Shown here in pieces: positions 27,560 through 34,078 of a stretch of DNA of 34,078 nt. Each line of letters starts with the position of its first letter. The first letter of the stretch is position 1. The notes under the pieces are model-generated. The model did not search any database, was not told the DNA's origin, and saw only the letters and a list, made by a program, of their open reading frames with translations. The position numbers and the translations under genes are program-made. The stretch is taken from positions 1 through 34,078 of the forward strand of contig CANNCG010000001.1 of assembly GCA_947502965.1 (NCBI GenBank), in the 5' to 3' direction. This DNA is from a bacterium (GTDB lineage Bacteria > Margulisbacteria > Marinamargulisbacteria > SXXA01).

Positions 27560-28302
27560 CGGTAGCTAACCAAAAGCCCCTGTATAATCAGATTCCACCC
27601 ATCCGTTAGCACAAAAAGCAATATTTTAAAGGGCAAGGAAATCATAGCCGGAGATAACATAAACATTCCCAAAGACAATAAAATATTAGAAACAATCAAA
27701 TCAATGACAATAAAGGGAATAAACAACAAAAAGCCCACTTGAAATGCCGTTTTGAGTTCTGAAATAATAAAGGCAGGAATCAACACAAAAAAAGGCACTT
27801 CTTCATAATCCATCGTATACGGCACTTTTGAAAATTCCAAAAACAAAGCCAAATCTTTTTCTCTCGTGTACTTCAACATAAAAATCTTGAGGGGTTTAGA
27901 GGCTTCATCAAGGGCCTGCATCTGAGAAAGTGTCCCTTCTTGATAGGGCTTAATCGCGTTATTGCTCACCTGATCCCAAACAGGGGTCATGACAAATACG
28001 CTCAAGAATAGGGCCAAGGACACAATAACCATATTGGGAGGCGCCTGCTGGGTACCAATGGCCTGACGAACCATACTCAAGACAATCACTATACGCAAAA
28101 AGCAAGTCGTGGACATCAGAAAAAAAGGAATCAGACCAATTGCAGACAAAAAGAAAAGAAGATTAAGGGTTCTGCTAAAATTTTGGGGCGTTGCCAATGC
28201 ATCTTGGACACCCAAATTTAAAAAGCCAGGGTCTTGTTGTGCATACACTGTCACAGGAACCAGCACCAAAAACCCCACAAAAACCCAAAACAATCGCTTC
28301 AT
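27556..28302 (-). CDS. fliP: Flagellar-type T3SS export gate protein FliP
   Basis: Signal peptide plus SAIGLIPFFLMSTTCFLRIVIVLSMVRQAIGTQQAPPN and LIPAFIISELKTAFQVGFLLFIPFIVIDLIVSNILLSLGM, hallmark FliP/SctR blocks. Confidence 0.95.
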   Translation of the reverse strand: MKRLFWVFVGFLVLVPVTVYAQQDPGFLNLGVQDALATPQNFSRTLNLLFFLSAIGLIPFFLMSTTCFLRIVIVLSMVRQAIGTQQAPPNMVIVSLALFLSVFVMTPVWDQVSNNAIKPYQEGTLSQMQALDEASKPLKIFMLKYTREKDLALFLEFSKVPYTMDYEEVPFFVLIPAFIISELKTAFQVGFLLFIPFIVIDLIVSNILLSLGMFMLSPAMISLPFKILLFVLTDGWNLIIQGLLVSYR

Positions 28303-28538
28303 TTTAGCTTATCCAAGACCTTTATTTCTTTTGCATTAATACCCAACAAAAACTCATGATCTCTCACCGAAACCAACATCAATGAAATACCCTGATCCAA
28401 GCCTTTGCGATCTAAAACTTTAATTTCTTCTGTAAAGGGGTGCTTTTGAGCACGTTTTGCCATTTTCGAAAACACAAACAACGCGCCCCCCAACAAGGTC
28501 AAAGAAAAAAGAACCTGAAGGGAGTACCCGATCGTCAT
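28299..28538 (-). CDS. fliO: FliO-like single-pass membrane protein
   Basis: 79 aa with one TM helix, then ...ISLMLVSVRDHEFLLGINAKEIKVLDKL. Immediately upstream of fliP and overlapping it. Confidence 0.7.
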   Translation of the reverse strand: MTIGYSLQVLFSLTLLGGALFVFSKMAKRAQKHPFTEEIKVLDRKGLDQGISLMLVSVRDHEFLLGINAKEIKVLDKLK

Positions 28539-28541
28539 ATA

Positions 28542-29054
28542 TTAGGTGTTCGGGGCTGATTTAATAGCCGTAATACGAAGTCCATAATTGTTATCCACAG
28601 CAACCACCTCACCTTGGGCGATAACCTGTCCATTTACAACCAAATCCAATGGTTCTCCCACCAGACGATCCAGCTCCACAATGGCACCATCAGACAGCTC
28701 AAATACATCTTTAAGAGACACCTGACAACGACCAAGCTCTACAGACACAGTAACAGGAATGCGGTTAAACACATCTTCCTCCAATTTTTGGCCACTCGTA
28801 TTGGCACTGGGCGTCAATACCGGAAATTCAACATCTGCCACTGCAGGGCGCGACGAAGACGCCAAGTCTGGAGACGGAGTGTCCCAAGAAAAGGAAGGGG
28901 CATCGGAGGCCGTTTCTTTAATCTTGGTCTCAGCCTTTGTTTTTGGATCGGCCTTGGGCTCACGACTGACAGGGAACCCATCTCCTCCAAAGGCATCTTT
29001 TAAAACAGGATCAATACCGTGTAAGGGATCATCAAATACTTTTTTCTTAGCCAT
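28542..29054 (-). CDS. fliN: Flagellar motor switch protein FliN (SpoA domain)
   Basis: C-terminal IPVTVSVELGRCQVSLKDVFELSDGAIVELDRLVGEPLDLVVNGQVIAQGEVVAVDNNYGLRITAI. ATG 29054 (MAKKKVF) overlaps the parA-like stop by 8 nt. Confidence 0.85.
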   Translation of the reverse strand: MAKKKVFDDPLHGIDPVLKDAFGGDGFPVSREPKADPKTKAETKIKETASDAPSFSWDTPSPDLASSSRPAVADVEFPVLTPSANTSGQKLEEDVFNRIPVTVSVELGRCQVSLKDVFELSDGAIVELDRLVGEPLDLVVNGQVIAQGEVVAVDNNYGLRITAIKSAPNT

Positions 29055-29787
29055 GCGAAAGCACCTCATTAATTAACCGTCGATAGTCATCAGCAGCACT
29101 AGAACGTGGGGAAAATTCAAAAATTGTTTGTCTATAACCTGGAGACTCAGACAGACCTACGCTTAGCCGAATGGGCGATGAAAGTTGCCCGGGGAATACA
29201 CGCTCAAGACTGTCCATGATATGGGCTGTTTTACGATTACGCTTATCATAAAACGTTGGTACAATTTTACAAATACGGATTTCCTTTCCGAGGATTTTAT
29301 TCACGATATCAATATTATTCAATAGCTGCTTAATTCCAACCAAAGACAAATATTCCATGGACACTGGCAATAAAAGTTCATCCGAAAAAATAAGAGAATT
29401 TTGATTCATCAAATTCATCGACGGCGCACAATCAACAATAATAAAATCATATCCCGTTAGAGATGCCAAGCGACGACTCAAGACATGCTCTCTGCCTTTT
29501 TCTGTTGCCAAGCGCATCTCTGCTGGGAAAAGTCGTTCATTTGCACAAATAATATCCAAATTGGGCCTAGCAGAAACGATGCATTCGGATACAGGTCTGA
29601 GGCCCATGACCACGTCATAAACCGTAACATCTGATTCCACACCCAAGTAATATCCGGCAGACCCTTGGGGATCTGTGTCCACGATCAAAACGCGTTTACC
29701 AAGAAGGGCCAGACCGTGGGCCATATTGACAACTGTACTGGTTTTACCGGTCCCACCTTTGTAATTAATGACTGCCAACTTACGCAT
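29047..29787 (-). CDS. ParA/Soj-type P-loop ATPase encoded between fliM and fliN
   Basis: Deviant Walker A AVINYKGGTGKTSTVVN, then LIVDTDPQGS and IIVDCAPS. There is no parB-like neighbour. Confidence 0.85.
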   Translation of the reverse strand: MRKLAVINYKGGTGKTSTVVNMAHGLALLGKRVLIVDTDPQGSAGYYLGVESDVTVYDVVMGLRPVSECIVSARPNLDIICANERLFPAEMRLATEKGREHVLSRRLASLTGYDFIIVDCAPSMNLMNQNSLIFSDELLLPVSMEYLSLVGIKQLLNNIDIVNKILGKEIRICKIVPTFYDKRNRKTAHIMDSLERVFPGQLSSPIRLSVGLSESPGYRQTIFEFSPRSSAADDYRRLINEVLSHG

Positions 29788-29801
29788 AATTTGTCACTTT
29801 A

Positions 29802-31226
29802 TTACAATTCATCGTCGAGGTCATCCCAAGAAAATTCACTATCATCGGCATCACCATGAACCTCTTCTTGCCCATGTGTTTCGGCATTTTCAGACGCTTC
29901 ATCTTCATCTTCTGAAAAATCAAAAAGCGCATCTGAAGAGTCTGTCTGCGCATCGTCGTGATCGTCTTCGTAATCCAATTCATCTTCAATTTCAAATTCA
30001 TGATCGTCTACCACTGGCTCATGTAAAAAATCTTCCTCAAGCAACGTTTCCTCCTCAGGTATGATAGACGGGGACGCCACAGCTACAGCCGCCGCCACAG
30101 CACCCAGCATGGCACCCGGAACAGCCACCGGCACAGACATTGGACGCACATACACTTCTTCTTTGAGAGAAGATAGGCTGTCTTCAATTTTAACAGAAGG
30201 GGCAACCTCTATGGGTTGTCGAGACGCAGGATTTTTCTCCACAACAGGCTTCTTCTCCGGCGGGAGACTCACACCCTTCTGCCCAAAACGGTGCAATTGA
30301 ATCGACAGTTTACGCGATGGCGAAACCCCAGGATATCCAAGCCATGGCTCAGAATCGGCCCCGAAATAAACCTTCAAGGGCTGATCTGTAACCGTATCCA
30401 AAACAATCACATCCCCCACACGAAGTTGGCGCAATTCCGACATTGTCAGAGAAGCAGTCCCAAGAGAAACAGAAACATTCACCTTCAAGGCATGAAGGGT
30501 TTGCTTAGAAAAATTAACCTGCTTCTCTTTTTTCGGCTTATTGATTTGCGACTGATGCACCAATTCCCGCAACAGTGTATTGGGGTACGCAATCACAAAC
30601 TTACGCAGTTCTTGTTGCCCAAAAACCAAATAAAAACCAAATTGGACATAGGCCTCTCGAAAAGAAATCTTAGGATTTCTACGATACGGCCCCACAGCAA
30701 AATCAATTACGGCGTGCGCAGGCGGAATACGCCACGTTTTAGCGACTTCGGGCAACAAAGCTTCGATTTGCGCCTTGAGTATACTCGTTTCCATGGACGT
30801 AAAGGAATCTGAATGCCCCACACTCCCAGATCCGCCAACCAAACGATTGATCATCATATCTGCCAAATCCCAATCAAAAAGCAAATTAATTTTATGCCCC
30901 GCAGAAAAAACGACATCGGCCTGGACAACTTTTTCTTTCGCATTCTCTAAAAATTCTTTATAGCTCATTTGTGTGGCAAGGACAGTATGCAGTTCAACCT
31001 TAATGTCCATATCCGTAGAGAATTTCACACAAAGACGTTCTGCAAGACGGTAATGCAAATAATGCAAAAAACGCAATTGCTCACGTGTTAAACTGTCAAA
31101 ATTACTGGTACGAATCGGGTGGATCTCAATAGCATCTACGGACTCCCGTTGATGCACCGTTGTCCAATCCCCAATGGCAGGAGCAAGTTTAATCGTTCTA
31201 TGAAACTTTGGGCTATACTTTTGCAC
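29802..31226 (-). CDS. fliM: Flagellar motor switch protein FliM with atypical termini
   Basis: IRTSNFDSLTREQLRFLHYLHYRLAERL, INRLVGGSGS and a C-terminal SpoA domain (SLTMSELRQLRVGDVIVLD...) match FliM. There is no LSQxEIDxLL motif in residues 1-37. A 159-aa extension follows residue ~315. Confidence 0.85.
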   Translation of the reverse strand: MQKYSPKFHRTIKLAPAIGDWTTVHQRESVDAIEIHPIRTSNFDSLTREQLRFLHYLHYRLAERLCVKFSTDMDIKVELHTVLATQMSYKEFLENAKEKVVQADVVFSAGHKINLLFDWDLADMMINRLVGGSGSVGHSDSFTSMETSILKAQIEALLPEVAKTWRIPPAHAVIDFAVGPYRRNPKISFREAYVQFGFYLVFGQQELRKFVIAYPNTLLRELVHQSQINKPKKEKQVNFSKQTLHALKVNVSVSLGTASLTMSELRQLRVGDVIVLDTVTDQPLKVYFGADSEPWLGYPGVSPSRKLSIQLHRFGQKGVSLPPEKKPVVEKNPASRQPIEVAPSVKIEDSLSSLKEEVYVRPMSVPVAVPGAMLGAVAAAVAVASPSIIPEEETLLEEDFLHEPVVDDHEFEIEDELDYEDDHDDAQTDSSDALFDFSEDEDEASENAETHGQEEVHGDADDSEFSWDDLDDEL

Positions 31227-31919
31227 CTAGATTCGCTCCAATCTCATTTTTAATGGGGTTCCATCAGACAATAAGGGAGACCCTTTGTAGATAACGACTT
31301 CTAAACGTTCGCGCTTCCCCGTCCCAATGTCCGAGACAAGAACAAGCTCCCCATCTGGATAGGGGACGACCACGGGGTCATCGAATATCGTAGCAAGGGC
31401 AGCCGAGGAACCTGTTTCCCCACTGATTAGAGGAGAGAGACTAACACTCAACTGTTTTTCTGCTTCATAGGTCCGTTTCCGTTTCATTTCTGTGGCGAGT
31501 TCCAACTCCCGACGTTTTACCGTAGGACCTGTACCAGCGGCACCTTCAAATACAACCCGGAGAAGTACCATAGATTTGAGGAGAGTATCATACACGCTGA
31601 CCTCATAGCCGTCATCCTGTTTAACAATACTCTGCACAGGCCCCCTCCCTATAACAGCACCGGAAGAATCCGAATACCAAACCATAGCCCCCAGTAATTT
31701 TGACTTCAAAAAATAATCCACGCGCATCCCGACAGTCAGGGAAGATTTCTGCTCCCCAACCTGTTTTTTTACCTCAGATTCTACCCATTCCTTCATCAAC
31801 GGAGAGTCAAAATTCATATTCATATCTACGGACATGAGAGGACAAGAAAGAACAAGTAGCAAAAAGAAAAAGAGAAAGCAGATTCTACCCAACATCCCAC
31901 AAAAGCGTATTTTAGACAT
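31227..31919 (-). CDS. Putative lipoprotein at the position normally occupied by fliL
   Basis: MSKIRFCGMLGRICFLFFFLLLVLS|C lipobox-like signal. Start at ATG 31919, overlapping the upstream stop by 8 nt. No recognisable FliL motif; placement is by synteny only. Confidence 0.55.
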   Translation of the reverse strand: MSKIRFCGMLGRICFLFFFLLLVLSCPLMSVDMNMNFDSPLMKEWVESEVKKQVGEQKSSLTVGMRVDYFLKSKLLGAMVWYSDSSGAVIGRGPVQSIVKQDDGYEVSVYDTLLKSMVLLRVVFEGAAGTGPTVKRRELELATEMKRKRTYEAEKQLSVSLSPLISGETGSSAALATIFDDPVVVPYPDGELVLVSDIGTGKRERLEVVIYKGSPLLSDGTPLKMRLERI

Positions 31920-32577
31920 AAAAAAATATCTGATCCCCCTCTGAGAGCGCATCTAGGGAAGCCTGCGACTCGTGCGGATTATCTTGTTGCTGACGCCCCT
32001 GTTGAAATCCAGAGTGGGAAGGGAACTCGTCAAACGCCAGGTCAACTTCACCCATTTGCACAAAACGCACCAGCACAGAGCGGTCTAGGATATCGGACAA
32101 ACGGGTCTGCAAGACGGATTTTTGATCCTGCGCTTTTGCAAACAAATCCTCGCCAGCGAGCTGCACCACGATGACGAGACCCTGCGCATTTTTTTCAAAC
32201 CGAACACGTATCATTAAGGGCGCTTCTTTGGGCATCACCACAGGCATACCCAGGATGGATCGCACTTCCTGAAGAATACTGACAGAGAGATCCGGCAATT
32301 GATCCATGCCAAAGGCAGGCCCAGCAACCATCCCCTGCAACAACTGTGTCCCTAACTGAAGGTCAGACATACTAGACTCAGAGGCCAAGCGCCCCTCTAT
32401 ATCATCCTCCGCAGACCCCATGAGGAAGCTACCATCTTCCTGCGCGATCATGCGAACACCCGCGTCTTCTTTACTGGCCTGCTGAAACATAGAACCAAAG
32501 GGCATGTCGCTGCCGGGCGTTTCAGCCCCACGAGACACCCCCCCAGAAAAAAACGGTGGCAGAGACTCTAACCGCAT
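31912..32577 (-). CDS. Hypothetical protein at the fliK position, weakly FliK/T3S4-like C-terminal region
   Basis: Synteny (first gene, before the fliL position and fliM). The segment PLMIRVRFEKNAQGLVIVVQLAGEDLFAKAQDQKSVLQTRLSDILDRS... followed by a Q-rich tail loosely resembles the Flg_hook/T3S4 pattern. 221 aa is short for FliK. Confidence 0.35.
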   Translation of the reverse strand: MRLESLPPFFSGGVSRGAETPGSDMPFGSMFQQASKEDAGVRMIAQEDGSFLMGSAEDDIEGRLASESSMSDLQLGTQLLQGMVAGPAFGMDQLPDLSVSILQEVRSILGMPVVMPKEAPLMIRVRFEKNAQGLVIVVQLAGEDLFAKAQDQKSVLQTRLSDILDRSVLVRFVQMGEVDLAFDEFPSHSGFQQGRQQQDNPHESQASLDALSEGDQIFFYV

Positions 32578-32589
32578 TGCATACCGCGC

Positions 32590-33651
32590 CTACGCTGCAG
32601 CCTTTGGCTTTTCTTGCAATTCTTTTTTAATTTTATACCGATAGCCATCGAGAAGCTGTCCTAATTTTTTGGAATACCGACCTTGTTTAATAAATGATTT
32701 CTTAATAGGCAAACGTTGATGCAAACGCAGTCCGTTCCGCTCCGCAATTTCGATCAACTGGGAAATAGAGAGTGCCTGATTACGCCCATACGATGGGTTT
32801 CGTCCTACGTAAATCCGGCCTAAGTCGCGAACACCCGCTTGAATAAAAGGCTCAATATCTGGGTTCAACTCCAAGGGAACCGTCACAGCAATATCTGAAG
32901 GTAACAAATTTTTTGCGACCTCCAAAGCCGCCAACATATCTTTTTTCGACGTTGGGGAGTGCCCCTCAAACTTTGTGCCAGGTTCAGGGGTGAAATTCTG
33001 AAGCGTAAACTCATGGATATGCCCATACTGTTTGTGAAGGGAGGCGATTTCTTTCATGACATCCCTGCGATGAGAGGCCGATTCACCAATACCCACCATA
33101 ATCCCTGTATTAATAGGAAACCCCAATTTTCCTGCCCACTCCACCACTTTGAGCCGCAATTCCAACCGTTTCCCTGGAGATTCAGGATAGATTTTGGCGA
33201 CATGGGCCTCATCCACAGAATCCAACATAATCCGACATACGGCCGCAACTTCATACAGACGTTTGAGCTCTACAGGACTCAAAAAACCCAGTTCCACCAC
33301 AGGAATAAAGCCCTCTAAAAAACCCAACTCACTAATGGTATACACGTAGTCCACATAAGACTCAAATCCCCACAAATCCAACAGCGCCCGCACATGCGGA
33401 AATTTATCAGGTCGCTCACCAGAGATATACAGCACCTCTCTCGCGCCTTCAGCTCTGGCTTGCTTGCACAACTTAATGGTGGAATAAGGAACCATCAGGC
33501 TATCTCTTTTACGAAACCCACAATAAGGACAATGGTTACGACATAACCGAGACAAAGACATCGGCAACGCCAAAGAGTAAGTCAACGCATCCGGCGCGTC
33601 CTCTAATGACAACTGAATATCGTCTTCCACGCTTTTGGTTACTTGCTCCAC
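32590..33651 (-). CDS. cofG: Radical SAM protein, CofG-like (FO synthase subunit 1 family)
   Basis: LTYSLALPMSLSRLCRNHCPYCGFRK (CxxxCxxC in CofG context), LYISGERPD and GFLSPVELKRLYEVAAVCRIMLDSV. GTG 33651 has AGGAG 8 nt upstream; the ORF-track start is 33657. Confidence 0.6.
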   Translation of the reverse strand: MEQVTKSVEDDIQLSLEDAPDALTYSLALPMSLSRLCRNHCPYCGFRKRDSLMVPYSTIKLCKQARAEGAREVLYISGERPDKFPHVRALLDLWGFESYVDYVYTISELGFLEGFIPVVELGFLSPVELKRLYEVAAVCRIMLDSVDEAHVAKIYPESPGKRLELRLKVVEWAGKLGFPINTGIMVGIGESASHRRDVMKEIASLHKQYGHIHEFTLQNFTPEPGTKFEGHSPTSKKDMLAALEVAKNLLPSDIAVTVPLELNPDIEPFIQAGVRDLGRIYVGRNPSYGRNQALSISQLIEIAERNGLRLHQRLPIKKSFIKQGRYSKKLGQLLDGYRYKIKKELQEKPKAAA

Positions 33652-33900
33652 AAACACAACTCCTAATTTAACATTTTTGTTACTACTTAAGCATCTTCAC
33701 ACATTCATGTAAAAAAATACGTCAACTAAATAAATCCAACTATTTTTCGAGATACAGAAAAAAAAATCTTATACGCCCTACCTAGCAATGGCCTATAAGG
33801 GCATTGAAAGTGCCATCATAACATTCTTTTTATAGAATACCAGCCTATGGATCGCACTTGAATTTACAGCAAACGGCCCCCCAGAAATACATTAAGCGTC

Positions 33901-34078
33901 AGCGTATACCCATCCCAAAATGAAACCCGGATTTTCAAGGTGAATGAAGGAGATGCAGGTCCAAGCCAATAAACAGGCGGAGCTCTGCCTTGAATTCGAG
34001 GGAATCGTTTGAGAAAAAAGCCAAAATGGCGCGTTTAAAATCGGGGTAACTATCTAGCCCCCTCAAAAACGAGTGACT
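33901..34078 (-). mobile_element. Terminal part of a putative insertion sequence (terminal repeat plus 3' end of its ORF), truncated by the window edge
   Basis: AGCGTATACCCATCCCAAAATGAAACCCGG (33901-33930) matches 26 consecutive nt of the arm at 18711-18740. It starts 4 nt beyond the stop codon of an ORF running in from the right edge. Confidence 0.45.
33935..34078 (-). CDS. 3' end of a CDS entering from the right edge (possible transposase C-terminus)
   Basis: 47 open codons ...SHSFLRGLDSYPDFKRAILAFFSNDSLEFKAELRLFIGLDLHLLHSP* ending at TGA (33935-33937). The function is inferred only from adjacency to the terminal repeat. Confidence 0.3.
   Translation of the reverse strand, partial: SHSFLRGLDSYPDFKRAILAFFSNDSLEFKAELRLFIGLDLHLLHSP

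Noticed and set aside
30061-30300. Plus-strand 79-aa Ala/Thr-rich ORF
   Set aside because: It is the antisense of the Ala/Val-rich and acidic FliM tail, an artefact of codon complementarity.
1-34078. Search for CRISPR arrays, rRNA/tRNA genes, reverse transcriptase/retron or toxin-antitoxin pairs
   Set aside because: No regularly spaced direct repeats, no rRNA- or tRNA-like sequence and no RT or typical TA-sized gene pairs were seen by eye. The only repeat family is the ~27-nt IS/MITE repeat already reported.

Overview
34-kb chromosomal segment of moderate GC from an unidentified Gram-negative, proteobacterium-like bacterium. All calls were made by eye from the ORF translations and the DNA; no searches were run. 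The left two thirds hold housekeeping and envelope genes: a 3'-degraded rhuM-like gene, a manC remnant with a surviving cupin ORF, rfbD, a C-N hydrolase, an esterase, a thioredoxin-like gene, pirin, rfbA-rfbB, an FkbM methyltransferase, a bolA-grxD-purE-NAGS-like operon, an MFS transporter, two paralogous small exported proteins, a uvrB-IMPase-rsmH operon, an ABC exporter and an orphan prepilin. The right third (21.4-32.6 kb, minus strand) is a gap-free 14-gene flagellar-type type III export/C-ring operon: fliK-like, a lipoprotein at the fliL position, fliM, parA-like, fliN, fliO, fliP, an unknown secreted protein, fliQ, fliR, flhB, flhA, an 89-aa ORF and fliA. Its order follows the Pseudomonas/Vibrio fliK-to-fliA layout. 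It differs in four ways: three non-canonical genes are translationally coupled into it, flhF/flhG are absent, FliM lacks the CheY/FlhG-docking N-terminal motif, and FliM carries a 159-aa hydrophobic plus hyper-acidic tail. A CofG-like radical SAM gene sits 12 nt upstream. This remodelled operon is the best candidate for an undescribed system. There is also a ~27-nt repeat family: a MITE-like inverted pair and a 41-bp palindrome between uvrB and the ABC gene, plus the terminal repeat of a probable IS at the right edge. No rRNA, tRNA or CRISPR array was seen.
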